A DNA stretch of 64,000 nt from NCBI RefSeq assembly GCF_018977255.1, contig NW_024704743.1, positions 87,918,001 through 87,982,000 of the forward strand, given 5' to 3'. Source of the stretch: Callorhinchus milii. Its lineage: Eukaryota. Shown piece after piece: positions 50,156 through 62,835 of this stretch (position 1 is the first letter of the stretch; every line of letters begins with the position of its first letter). Position numbers and translations under genes: made by a program. The notes under the pieces were generated by a model. The model did no database searches, was not told the DNA's origin, and saw only the letters and a list, made by a program, of their open reading frames with translations.

Positions 50156-51589
50156 TATTTCCTAGGCCCTTTGTCAGTATTGTAGGATAGACCAAACTAT
50201 AACCACTGGGTAAGTTTTTGTGGTTTCTGCTTCTATGAATAATAGTTTGGGTTTGGTGAGTGAGATGAATATAAGTGAGGTAGACTCAGTCTAGATAAAA
50301 ACATGGCATCATAAGCTCTCAGCTTTTCAAAGAAATGACCAAAATTTGGACAGGGCCCATTTATATTCTTCTCGGACAAGAGACAGGACTAGGGGATTTA
50401 CTAAACTGGAGAAACAGCATCATGGAGTGTAAGGGAAACAAAAATGGCCACGACAATAAGTACTTAGCCATCAGCTTTGACTTACAGAAGAATTTTTTTG
50501 TCAGTGATCGCATTAGTCAAATGGTCTTCACATCACGTTTTCTATGAAAAAAAATTTGTGTGAATTACATAAAGCAAGTTCAGCTGCTGCTCAGTGAAGT
50601 CATAGTAATCTAAGAGATATAATTACTTGTCACCACTGTTTTCAGCTGTTGTCGGTGCTCTCAGTTCAGCCTCTGCTGGTGCCATATAGTACGTTCAGTG
50701 TATGGGAGAAAATTGGTTCCGTGAGAATCGTTCAAGGTGAGTTATCTTGTGAAAAAGTTAAAAGCCACGGACAGAGTGGATAGGATCTCGCTGGCCCAAA
50801 AACAACTGCTTGCAGGAGTTTTGCAAATGTTGTTTCGCAAAACAATCCCTCCAGAAGACAAGGGGTTATCCCCCTGGACTGAAAAAAATAAAAGTTTAAT
50901 TAAAGTTTAATTACTCAATTAAATTTTTACAGCCAAGTAAACAAGTGGGGAATGCAAATCTGTTCTCCGATGTATTATCTACAATGTACTATGTGTCCAC
51001 GTGACCTGTGTGACCCCTCTGCCTCTGAAAATGGATTACATATCATGCCCCCCATGGGTAACCTCTTAAAATACATGGTTTGTCTCCAGCTGTACCCTTT
51101 GGCTATCTGCATCTGCTTTGTGCCTGTCGCTGATGCCCTCTGACAGGTCTATGACAATCCCAGAGGGCTTGCATATGTTGTGTGTGATGCAGCTAATTCC
51201 AAAAAAGCTGGAAAATTTTGTCAGAGTCAGAACTCTATTATGATTGCTCCCATGTCACGATGCCTCCTGAGTCTCATTTCAACTGTATGTTCAATAAACA
51301 TTCAGTTTGGTCATGCGTTCTCGTTGAACCAATGATACTGGTGAGTGCTGGTCCTTGAATAAAATGGATATATTCATTGTAAAACATCTTCAACATGAGC
51401 ATTCTCTTGTTTCCTCGCTGGGGATGTAAAATATTTGGACTTCCAATTTTCGATCATGGTGTTTTTTTGCTTTGTATCTTTTGTTGACCTTGGGATCCTT
51501 TGGTACTTGAAAGTCCTCAGCTTTTGCTTTTAATCTCAAAATTGTGAATCACGAACAGAAGTTGTATTCACCATGAATGTGTGTTACAT

Positions 51590-51900
51590 TGTGGATTTTG
51601 CAGTTTAGACCCAGTATCTATCCCTTCCCCTGACCCCAGATGTTTGAATACCCAAGACATCTGGACAGGGGAGTCGGAGAGAATACTAAAACATGTAACA
51701 CTTAAATGGTCTTTTTCTAATGAGACACTAGCTTTTAGGATCATCTTTTTTGCTCTTCACTGAACCTTTGCCAATGCTTCAATATCCTTTAAGGATAGAG
51801 TGTCCCAAACTGCACTCTGTGCTATAAATATTTACCAGGCTAAAATAATTTATTTTGTTTTGTAGTCAACTGTTCTCAAATGCCCTCAAAATGTAACCAA
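51590..51900 (-). mobile_element. Old CR1 fragment
   Basis: tgctcttcactgaacctttgccaatgcttcaatatcc...cccaaactgcac follows the CR1 YCVQFW...LEKVQ region on minus. Confidence 0.55.
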
Positions 51901-52454
51901 GTAGCTTTGTTTGCCAAAGTCCTGGAATGCATTATTTTAGGTCAACTTCGGTTACACCTCTCCCTCTACTCCCTCCTCGAACCCCTGTAGTCTGTTTTTC
52001 ACACTGCCACAGCACAGAGACAGCTTGTCAAAGTCATAAATAATTTGCCCATAGCGTCCCACAAACATCCAGGAAGTGAAAGGCTAATTTTGTTTTGTCC
52101 TCATAAAGAAGTGCTTCATTATTAAGCTTGGGGTTTGGTGCCCATCAGTCTCAAATGGGAACAAAACCAGACTGTGAAAAAGTGGTGTGTTTAGTGAGTT
52201 GCCTTTAATACTGAAATAAATACATGTTTCAGTACAGTACTTGCAAAATTTTCTCCTCTGCGTATGTATATTCAACATGATTAACAAACTGTTGCTACTC
52301 TGCCTGGTCTCAGTGAACCTGTACCATGGGTTGAAGTAATTATTACGATTCCGATTTATTTCTTTTATGATGTATTGTTGCAATAATAATCCTGCTCCAG
52401 GAATGCAATAAAATTACTATTACAACATCACCAATAGGGTAAAACCTGGATTGT

Positions 52455-52567
52455 AATTAACAACTGGATCAGGTTGCCACAAAGAGTGGTTGACATCAGG
52501 GCATTTAAAAAAACAGCTTGTTACACAGGGTGGAAAGTAGAGTGGGTATTTTGGAACGATGAGATTG
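52455..52567 (+). mobile_element. CR1 3' fragment
   Basis: caggttgccacaaagagtggttga...aaacagcttg...gtgggtattttggaa. Confidence 0.6.
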
Positions 52568-53844
52568 TGTCTGTCTCTCTGCCTGCCTGCCTGTTCATTC
52601 TCACTTTTAAATATCCTAATTGATTCTACCTATACTGTCTTCTGGGGGGTGCATTTCACTGTTTATTCTGAGGTTGCTGTGTTCTCCTAACAAAGAGATT
52701 AAGATGGTCTCCAGTGAGACGTGTCTTCCCGTACTGCTCTGAGCACTCCTGGGGAACTGGAATTCTAGAGTCGCAATGTTCAGGGTTCTGTGAATTCCTG
52801 CATATTTGAATTCCAATGGGAACTGTATAAAGTGGACCAGCTTTAAGATAGCTGGGCATTGTGCCTCCCCACCCCACCACCAAATTGTGGCATAACTTCT
52901 GTTTAATAGTTGAGGGCCGCATATTACCAAACCTTAATGATCACATTTGTCAAAAACGTAGTGTATGTTTGCTGCTCGATGCAGCATTGCACAAAACTGC
53001 TAAGAGGCTGCAAAATGTCACCAGTTGAAGAGAGGGTACAGCTCGAGATGCTGAAAGTGTGCTGCTGCCTGCTAATTGAAGATTTCACAATTTTAACACT
53101 GACAACAAGGCTATGTGGCTATGGTTGTGGTGAGATAACAGCACAAGAGCAGGGGGAAATTAGAGATAAGTTATCTGTGCATGTCTGATACAGAATAGCG
53201 CTTTCCCTCTGTGTGTGATTCGGATATTACACAGAAGATGGCCACGGTTGTAGTGTGACAAGGACCAGATTAATTTCTGTATCGCTTCTTACATGATATG
53301 AGGATGGCATTCTGTTTCCAGTGCTAGTAAAATGATTTTGATGAGTCAGATGGAAAATCCTGTGGGAGCAATAACTTGCTTAGACAGTTTGGCTGTACAA
53401 GCACATCTGTTGCTAGAATAAAAGGCTGGTTGTGGTGAAACAACTGAATCTGAGAGAACGTTTCTTTCATTGTTATGTTCAATGCTGCTATGGGGAAGTT
53501 TAGACCATTTTGTTTTTCAAATGGCAAATTTGATACCTTTGAGGAGTTTGTAAAATCAATAACAACAACAATTTGTTTTCATGTAGCACCCTTCACATAG
53601 AATAATGCCTCAGCATGCTTTACAAGGACAGGTCAGACACTGAGTAAGGGAGAGGGAGCGAAGTGGAGGGGGGAAAGGGGAGGTGATCATATACACATTT
53701 GAAGAGGTAGGTTTTTCAGCTAATCGCATACTCCGTATAATTACCGGTGTCTGTCCTTTGCTGACTCCATGCAATTATACGGAGTGCTCTCCTGTAGTTA
53801 CATCAGTAAATATACAAAGAGAATAACAAACTTTGACTTTTATG

Positions 53845-53985
53845 AATTCATATGCGAAGGAGAAAGGAATAGAGGGGCTTGGAAGAGGGGTGGAGTCTCA
53901 TGTGGAGTGTAAACATGACTCCACACCAAATATCACTCATTGGGCTGAAGGCCTGTTTTGTGCTGTAACGTTCTTTGTAATTCTA
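53845..53985 (+). mobile_element. CR1-type 3' tail
   Basis: ggagaaaggaatagaggg...ttgggctgaaggcctgttttgtgctgtaacgttctttgtaattct. Confidence 0.7.
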
Positions 53986-54439
53986 GGTAACAAAACAAGT
54001 AATATTAGCTAAAAAGATTCTATTAACTAAACAATAGGTATCAATAGGTAGTATTAATGAAAGAGAAACAACAGCTTGTGAATAATATACTACTAATGTT
54101 CCAGATGTGGATATTTGTGCACAACAGGAAGTTTCATGCTGAGCAAGAGTAGCACTTAGCAGGTGGCTTGATACTGCTATACTTCAATGTGTAATATGTG
54201 AGATGATTTTTAGAATAATTTAAATAGTTGAACTAGATCTTTACAGCAGTATTTAATTGCATATTTCATTTGCCATAGAATGCCATACTTTTAAAGAAAC
54301 AATGTAAAACTCTCATTCTGCTTGTTTTATGTGTGATTATTGTAAGCATTACAATAACACAGAAGGCTCTCATCTACAACACTATACATCATTGCTGAAT
54401 TCAAAAATGTTCCCAATTTTCTGTACATGAGGACAGTGA

Positions 54440-54950
54440 ATTTTATTTTGAATGCTCTGTTCAGGCTGCTCCTGAGGAGTACAGTGTGCAGTTCTGATCC
54501 GTACAACACACATAGCTATCCAATATACAGAGGCACTGCAAAGGATATGAATGAGGTTGATGTTTACTCAATGTTTGAGTAATGAACTATAGTATTGGGA
54601 ACAACTAGATAAGTTAACGATTTTAATACTTGGAAAAAAGTGTCTCACAAGCAAACTTATTGGAGTATCTGTATATAAAATACTTAATGGCTGAGCATAG
54701 GACAATATGATTAGATATGTCAAGGCAGTAAGACAAAAGTGTTATGAAGAGCAATTTTAAGATACCAAAAAATATTTATTTATTGAGACAGTAATTGACA
54801 GTTTGGAACAAGTTGCCAGGAAGAGTGGTTAAGACCAAAACACTGGACTCATTTAAGAAACAGCTTGTTGGAGTGATGAGAAGATGATATTGCCATTATT
54901 CTGGAAAAATAAAATTAACGTCTTCTTCATCCAAACCCCTGTATGTTCCT
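54440..54950 (+). mobile_element. Old CR1 3' portion
   Basis: gagtacagtgtgcagttctgatccg (EYSVQF), tggaacaagttgccaggaagagtggtt, tttaagaaacagcttg. Confidence 0.7.
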
Positions 54951-54965
54951 GTGAAATAAATAAAC

Positions 54966-55256
54966 AATAATAATAAGCTTTGCATTTGATATAATGTCTT
55001 TCGCATCAAGAGGATGTCTCAAAATGCTTCACAGGATTCACTATAAAATGTAATACGGTGAATTTTGTAGTTGAATGTGGCTGTCAATTTGACCACAGCA
55101 ATACCCCACAAACAGCCATGAAATGACTGACCAATTATACCTGTGGGATTGTTGGCCAGGACACCGGGAAAAAGTCTCTTCTCTTTTCAAATAGTTCCAT
55201 GGGATCTTTAATGTCCACCTGAACAGGCAGGTGGGACTTTGGTTTAATGTCTCATC
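54966..55256 (-). mobile_element. Deu-domain SINE (head missing)
   Basis: ccatgggatctttaatgtccacctgaacaggcag core; tail at 54966. Confidence 0.85.
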
Positions 55257-55264
55257 ACAAGATT

Positions 55265-55447
55265 ACAAGATTGGTTTGGATGTAGAAGGCCCTTCAGCAC
55301 ATCTGATCTTTTCCCTCCAGAATGCCCACCCAACATCCTCTCACCACAGCATCGAGCTGCTTTTTAAATGAATCCAGTGTATTAGCCTCAACTATCCTTC
55401 CTGGCAACCTGTTATAGTTGTTAATTACCCTCTGAGTAAAGAACAAA
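55265..55447 (-). mobile_element. CR1 3' end
   Basis: Minus ORF FFTQRVINNYNRLPGRIVEANTLDSFKKQLD. Confidence 0.85.
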
Positions 55448-57494
55448 AAGGATGGCACCTCCAGGAATACAGCTCTCGCCCAGCTCGACATTACAGTGTC
55501 ATCTTAGACTGTGCATTCATATGCAAAAACAATGCTGCCATGTGGGACAGTTTTCTGACCTGCAAGTGAGGAAACTGGCAAGCTGGCATGGTAGTGATTG
55601 CATCGCACCTGATTGTGCAGACTGCTGTTTTGATGAATGTTGCTGCGTGTCTTTGGGACTGAACGTTGATTGAAGAGTGAGCTGAAATGGAGTGCTTTAA
55701 TCTGCTTGATGAATCTTCCTCTATCATATGACACATTGAAATATTCATACTTATCATCAGCGGAAGGATGTAATGCAGGAATTCTTCTTTTGAATATTTA
55801 AAATGTTTTCTTGGTGTGTGCTTCTGAGAAGTTAGATGATATGGGGTAGATTACTGCACACGTTATTCAATTATGAGATTTTACTCTGCACTGATGTGTA
55901 TCCAACTAGAACAGCATAATTCAATAATCTATAAACTATTTCTGTTTAGTATTTGGCATGTAAAAATATTAGCTCAGTCCCACTATGGAACAGGGACTGG
56001 TGCCAGACCCATGTGCCGGAGACTCATCTATTATCAGTATGACAGGCCGACAGCATTCCCAACCAAGTGCTTCTAATTTCCATCCTATTTCTCCTTTTAA
56101 GAAGAAAATTAAGAGTTGCTGCTTTGGGATCTTGATAATTTTATTGCTTTTATTGAAAAACTGCCGAGGGGAAAGTAACATTCAGGACAGTAGAAGTTGT
56201 TTTTTTCTAAGGTAATGTGTCATGAAAATGATCAAATACTGTATTTTTCACAAAAAATATTTATGTATGATTAAATTAAACACGTATAAGTGTAACTTAT
56301 CAGGATCAGCAGCAGAATCAGAGGATGTAGTGGTATATTCTTCCTCTCAGAAGATTAAATAGAAGTTTAGTTATCATTGTCTCTGGCTCTGACAGGATAT
56401 TGGTTTGGTCCCATATCTCTTCTCACCACCTGCAGCATTTTTATAGCAGTTGTTGGTGAGTTTGTATCTTGCCAGATGTTTCACATTTATTCTCTTTCTG
56501 CAGTGCTTTAGTTTAATTCGCTTCTCTGAACCTTAAAAAGCATTTAATTGGTTTTGGTAATGATGGATCAAGCCTAGTGACAGCTCTCTTATAGTTGGTG
56601 AAGTTTTCAGCCATTCTGTCCTCATTCTCTGAAACCCCTTTCCAGAGAACCAAATTCTCTCCAACTGACCCCTTCCCTCACCACATTTAAAATGTGTCTT
56701 AAGACTTAGCTTTTGACCATGATCATCTACCTTCGTCTTCCTTCCCCCACTCCCTCAACACAAATAACTGTTCACTGTAACATGGTCACCATTTTCCACA
56801 CTGCTATCAGTGCACTAGACATCTCTCATTTGTGGCAATTGTTTCATTTCCTCTTATTATTGGAGTTTAAATTTGATAATTTGAACTAATTTTGTTTGAG
56901 TATTATCTGGCATCAGAAAGTGAGACTTGATGGATCTAAACATGGCACATTTTGCTCATGGGAAACTCATGTGATTACCACTTACTAAGCTACATTTAAG
57001 AACATTTATGCCCAACAGTCTGAAGGCTGGATTGGTAGATATTGGTTAAAATTGCATTGAACTGATGCTGTGTAGAAATTATATCAAATGGATATTAATT
57101 CGATCAGACCAGACAAATTAAATATAGTGGATGTCTATCATGTGCTATGATTGGCAGTCCTTGTGCTAATTGAAAAAAGGAATGTTTTAAGGATCTTATA
57201 GAATTTTATTCTATTGTCTGTAAAGCTTGTTTTAGGAGATAGCTTCTATACTATGGTGAATCTGGAATCGTAAGCTAGACGTGGAAATGTAATGGAAAAT
57301 ATTATTATAAGTTAAATACATTTTTTCCGCAAGTGTACTACCAATTTGATTTCTGATGCACAGTCCCAGAATATAATGAAAATGCTTATTAATACATTCT
57401 GTAATTAAACATGTTCATCTTATGTAATTAAATGTGACTCAGTCTAGGAATCTTTAAAACATTTGAAACAAAACTGTCTCCTTTTATGTTAGGA

Positions 57495-57785
57495 TTACAT
57501 CTCAGAGTGCTATACAAGATTTACTGTAAAGTGAGGTTACTGTGCATTTTGTAAGCAAACACAGTAGTCAATTTGTGCACAACAATGTCTCATTGAAAAG
57601 AATGACCAATTTTTGACCATAAAACTGGGAGAAATTCCCTTCACTTTTTGAATAGTGCCATGGAATCTTAATGTCCACCTGAGCAGAAAGATGGGGCTTC
57701 GACTTCATGTTGCATCCAAAGGACGACATCTCCAACAATGCAGGGCTGCCCTAGCACTGAATTGGAGTGTCAGCCTGGTATGTGA
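57495..57785 (-). mobile_element. Deu-domain SINE
   Basis: gaatagtgccatggaatcttaatgtccacctgagcag...ttggagtgtcagcct. Confidence 0.8.
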
Positions 57786-58279
57786 GATGAGATGACATGA
57801 GATCAATCATCCTGAACTAGTAAGACACAGGTGTCAGCTGCTTGATGTAATTTTGTCATTTGTTTATGTTGAAATGTGAAATGATCAAATAAGGTATTCT
57901 TTAGGATTTGGACAAACACAAGGTGGGGGTGGGTGAGGGGAGTTCTACTTGCTGTCAGAGTTACAGGCATTCATGAGGTATTTTACAAGATGTGTATTGC
58001 TTGGTATTGGTGATGGCCTTAATTTAATGCATGATATTTAGCACTGTTATTTCAAACAGCTGTTACATCTAATGGTGAGGTGATGAAACAATTCACTTAA
58101 ATGCAAAATTGCCTGAAAACTACACTAGTTGATTTTTCTGGTTAAAATAACATAGGTGATAAACTTAGTTACAGGTGTGCAAGAGAAAATTGCGAAGCAG
58201 AAATACAACGATCAGTGTTTTGTTGAAGAACCGAACTACTTGTAAATTTGAACAACTTTTGTTGTTATCCAACTTCATT

Positions 58280-58665
58280 CCAACGGGACTCTGAGTTCAT
58301 CGTCCAGGCTGATGCTCCAGTGTATTACTAGTGGACGAGCTGCAATGGAGTAGGTGCCATTCTTCGGATGAGATGTTAAACAAGGTCTTTTTTCCAGTTT
58401 TGGTAAACCATTAACGATCCCATGGCACTATTTGAAAAGAGAAAGGAGCGCTTCTCGATGTTCTGGCCAACTTCCAATCTTCCAGATAAAATTGGTCCCT
58501 TGATTTCATGGCTGTTTGTAGGAAATTGCTATGTGCAAATTGACTGCCATATTCGCCTACAAATACACAGTCCCTGCACTTTACAGTATATACTGTGGAG
58601 CACTTTGAGATGTTAAATAGATGTTATAAGGCACCATATCAAATGCAAAGATTATTATCAGTAGT
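58280..58665 (+). mobile_element. Deu-domain SINE
   Basis: caggctgatgctccagtg...cggatgagatgttaaac...gatcccatggcactatttgaa. Confidence 0.85.
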
Positions 58666-59444
58666 AGTTTTATCACCTTTGCTAATTAAGGACTTACCTG
58701 CAATCACCTCACTGCTCCCATCCTTTGTTAGCCCACAGATGCTTCTTCTCAGCTAGCTGCTTGTCGGTTACAAAAAAGCAGGAAACTCTGTTCCGACGTC
58801 TGTTTTCTGGTATAGATGTGATAAAGAGATTATGCATCCATATTTGGAGTTTAAACTCTAGATGAGTCAAAACTCCTTCTACAGATTTACAGCAACGTTC
58901 CAGTTTAATCTGCATTAACTTTCAATATTTTCCAGGAATCAGAGATGGAACCCACTGTCCCACCTAATCGTCCAAATAAGTAATTACATTGTTTCAAAAA
59001 TAGGTCTGGTGCCAAAGATAAAACATTTATTCTGGGTGCGCCACTAATTAACCCTTAGACTAGTGGCAGGTCCAGAGAAATTGTTGTATTCCTGAGCTGA
59101 ACATTTCTTGAAAATTAAACTAATGTTGCAGTAATGAAAGTGTTCAAACATCAGGAACAGTAGTATTATTTTAATAGTACCCATAAACTACACAAAGACA
59201 CTAGAAGTATAATTTTATTTAAGAAGAAAAGAAGCATGTTGATTCTCTTCTGTTTGATGTCCCTTTCTTTTCTGTCTTTATATTTTTATCTTTTTTTTCA
59301 GGTTTCGCATAAAACCAGGGTTTTTTCTCCCTAAAAAAAATAAAATGCTACAGAATCAATTTAACCTAGTTTTAATTATGTTCTCTTCCAATTTCCGAAA
59401 AGTGTTTGATTCCTTTCCACCTCTTTTCTGTTCCTAATGAGGTA

Positions 59445-59600
59445 CCATTCCTGCAGAGGCCAGGAGATAGCAATCAGAGAGTGATCACAAGCAGTAACGT
59501 AGGGGTACTAAGGATAAAAGTAACACCCTTGTGGCTGCCACAGCGGAGATCAGCTAACTCAGCACAGAAGACCAGGATTTGACTTTCTGGTCTAGATGGG
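59445..59600 (-). mobile_element. LF-SINE-like fragment
   Basis: aggggtactaagg...gagatcagctaactcagcacaga...ttctggtct, as recalled from LF-SINE. Confidence 0.65.
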
Positions 59601-59622
59601 GCTTATTAAGAGTTAATATGTG

Positions 59623-60115
59623 TCAGACTGTCTCAGTTGGTAGCATGTTCACCCTGAGTCAGAAAGTTGTGGGTTCAAGCCTTATATGGGGGATGTTTAA
59701 GATCCTATGGCACTATTTGAAAAGAGAAGAGAGTTTATCCTTGAGTCCTGGCCAACAATCTCCTGAATAAAACTGGTCATTCATGGCTGCTTGTGGGACA
59801 TTGTTGTGCACAAATTGACTGTCTTGTTCACCCACAATATACACAGTCACACAACTTTACAACTGCTTGCATTTATATAGCGCCCTTCACACAAAGTTAT
59901 ATTGTAACTTTACAATATATTCTGTGAAGCGCTTTGAGACTTCTCAATGATGTATTAAGGTGGCATATGAAGTACAAGGATTATTATATTAATATAATAA
60001 CTAAGTGCTCATATAATATACAGTCAATTCACTTTACAGTGTGTTCTGTGAAGCGCTTTGGGACGTCCTCCCGACGTGAAAAGCGCTATATCAAATGCAA
60101 GGATTATTATAATAA
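59623..60115 (+). mobile_element. Deu-family SINE with stacked extra tails (last at 60012-60115)
   Basis: ctcagttggtagc head, gatcctatggcactatttgaa core, two ttctgtgaagcgctttg tails. Confidence 0.85.
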
Positions 60116-60489
60116 CTTACTGCAGTAACTTCAGAAAAGACTAATGAAAACATTGCAAGCCTTTTCAAGCTAATGGTTTGTTCTTCTCATTTGCGTTGTT
60201 AATAGGGTTTTAGTCATCATTTGTAGAGAAAAAGGTTCCAAAGATTAACGGCCATTTATTGATTCACACTTTATTAAAAGCATCAAATTACCGTGTTGTT
60301 TTCTTCTCCTGAAGTGAGTGACTCATGGTGGGGTAGGGCTCCACAGGCTTCGAAAGCTTAATTTAAGAGCTCATTCTTCATGTATCAGCCTTGATGGTAA
60401 GTACCTGAAGGCTGTTTAACCACTACAGCTACATTGGTTTTTTATTGCCTTGGACACCTCCAAAACCTTTCAAAGGATCGTCACTGTCC

Positions 60490-60770
60490 AATTCCAAAAA
60501 AGTTACCATCTCTGAGAAAGTAAACTCAGAACAATACCTTTGGATGCACTGAGACAGCAGAACGATAGGAAACAGGTTAAAGTTACAAAAGCAATTTCAG
60601 AGCAGATAACAGAGGGTAATGGCTGGATAGGTTGCCAGGAAAGGCGGTTGAGGCCAGGCTGCTGGACTCACTTTAAAAAAAAGCTTGATGCTGCAATGCT
60701 AGGATGCTGATACGATGGGTATTCGAAAAGAATGAGATCATTTGGGCCTTTGTCATCTAACCTCTCTTAG
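60490..60770 (+). mobile_element. CR1 3' portion
   Basis: cagagggtaat..tggataggttgccaggaaaggcggttgaggcc...aagcttgatgctgcaatg. Confidence 0.65.
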
Positions 60771-60929
60771 AGTCCCAGAATCCTAGAAATTTACACCATA
60801 GAAGGAGTCCATTTGGCTCATTCAGTCTGCACAGATTCTCAGAGTAAGTTGTACTTTCAATTCTACTTTCCTCGCCCTATATCCATTCTCCTTCATGCCT
60901 TGAATTTTCAAATACCCATCTCCTTCCCC

Positions 60930-61216
60930 TCTGCTCCTTTGGACGAAACTTTAAACTGAGGTTTTGTCTGCCCGTTCAGGTGGATATTAAAGATCCCATG
61001 ACACTATTCAAAAAGAAAACAGAGTTTCTCCTGGTGCCCTGGCCAACTATACCCCAGATAAAATTTGTCCTTCAATTTTCTTTCTGGGTCACTGTTCTGC
61101 ACAGATTGATTGTCATATTCACCCACAAAACACAGCCACTGCACTTTACGGTATATTTTGTAAACGTCTTCTCAATGTGAAAAGCACAATACCAAATGTA
61201 AGGATTATTATTATTT
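60930..61216 (+). mobile_element. Deu-domain SINE (head missing)
   Basis: gtctgcccgttcaggtggatattaaagatcccatgacactattc. Confidence 0.8.
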
Positions 61217-61382
61217 GAAACCCACAAGGATTTGTGATCTTCTTATCGCCTATCAAAGAAGACTTGGCTATCTAATTCCTCTCAAATCGCTCTATCACCC
61301 ACAAAATATACAGTCATTCCACTTTTCAGTATAAGGTGCTTGAGATGTTTCGAGAATGTGATAAAGTGATATATCAAATGCA

Positions 61383-62112
61383 GCAACAACAACACAACAA
61401 AATTACATTTGTTTAGTGCATTTCACCAGGCAGGGGATGTGGAGCAGGCTGGAGCCGGCTGAGCAGAGTGAGTGGGTAGGTTGATAGGGTTTTGGAGGTT
61501 GCAGAGGTAATGGGGAGCAAGGCCATGAAAGGCTTTGAAGGTGAGGACCAGGATCTTGAACTGTATCCTCTGTGTGATGGGAAGCCAATGGAATCGGGCG
61601 AGAATGGGAGTGATAGGGTCGTGGAGCCTGGTGCGGGAGAGGATATGGGCTGCAGAGTTCTAGATGATCTGCAGCCTATGGAGGGAAGAGTTGGGAAGGC
61701 CAACAAGCAGGGAGGTTGCGTAGTTGAGTCTGGATATTATGAAAGCGTGTACGAGGGTCTCGGCAGCCTGCGGTGTGAGACAGTGGCAATATTGCGGTGG
61801 TGGTGGAAGGCAGAGGGGCTCATGGCACGGATGTGAGGTAGAAAGGATAGTTGAGGGTCAAACAAGACACCAAGGTACTGGACTGGCTTAGTAAAGTGAT
61901 GTGTGCATCCTTGGATGGTGATGCTGTCAGTGCCCGAGGTGTGGAGGTGCTGACGGGAGCCAATCAGGAAAGCCTCGGTCTTGTTGATGTTCAACTGTAG
62001 AAAGTTAGCTTTCATCCAGGGCTTGATGTCTGACAGACATTCTATCAGGACAGCAGTGATCCTGGAGTCAAGGGTGGAGGCAAAGAGATTGGTGTCATCT
62101 GCATACATGTGG
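61383..62112 (-). mobile_element. L2 LINE fragment nested in a SINE tail
   Basis: Minus ORF HMYADDT...CLSDIKPWMKANFLQLNINKTE...LGVLFDPQLSFLPHI; AAATGCA duplicated at 61376-61382 and 62113-62119. Confidence 0.95.
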
Positions 62113-62668
62113 AAATGCAAGAATTATTATATTACTATTACCTGTGCCTCTGTCGATTTTTCCATCAATTCCTGATCTCCTTAAAGATCTGTTCACCTTG
62201 TTCACTCAACTTGACGCACTCTTTTGCTGAGATTCCATTTTACAGTCATCGATCTCTTTCAGCTGCATACCCTCAGTGTACACAAACTTCACTCTGTCTA
62301 ATGCAATGGCTGAGTTATTAATCCTGAATCTCCTTTATCCTCTTTGATGGGACGTTGATCATTTCATTCTCTTCCTGAAATACAGTCTCTCTGTGTTCGT
62401 TTCTAGTTTATCAAGTAATCGCCCCATGCTGTTGATGGCTGCACATGTGATTCTTCTTTATGTATTGACATTCTATCTCTGATCAGAAATAGAATTCTCA
62501 TATTTCTTCCATTGCTTCACAGTGATCTACAAGAAGTAGATTGTTCTCTATTATCAGGACATAAAGACTAAGATGACACTCCAATGCAGTCCTGGAGGAT
62601 TGCAATGGTGTCACAGAAACTGCCAGAAAAATTGTTGGAGATTTTTTTTCTGGATCAAGTGATCCCTT

Positions 62669-62835
62669 TAATAATAATCCTTGCATTTGCTATAGCATCT
62701 TACCAAATCCTCAAGACACCTCAAAAATCTCTTCACGGAATATTCTATGAAGTGAATTGACTGTATATTTTGTGGGCGAAACGCGGCAGCTAATTAATTG
62801 CGCGCAAATAGTCGTGGATTGAATGACCAACATTT
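62669..62835 (-). mobile_element. SINE 3' half
   Basis: taataataatccttgcatttg...gtgaattgactgtatattttgtgggcgaaacgcggcagc. Confidence 0.8.

Noticed and set aside
59260..59335. Long polypyrimidine tract with cag acceptor at 59301
   Set aside because: No good donor or meaningful open frame follows
60295..60402. 82-nt exon candidate with gtaagt donor
   Set aside because: Stop codons in all three frames
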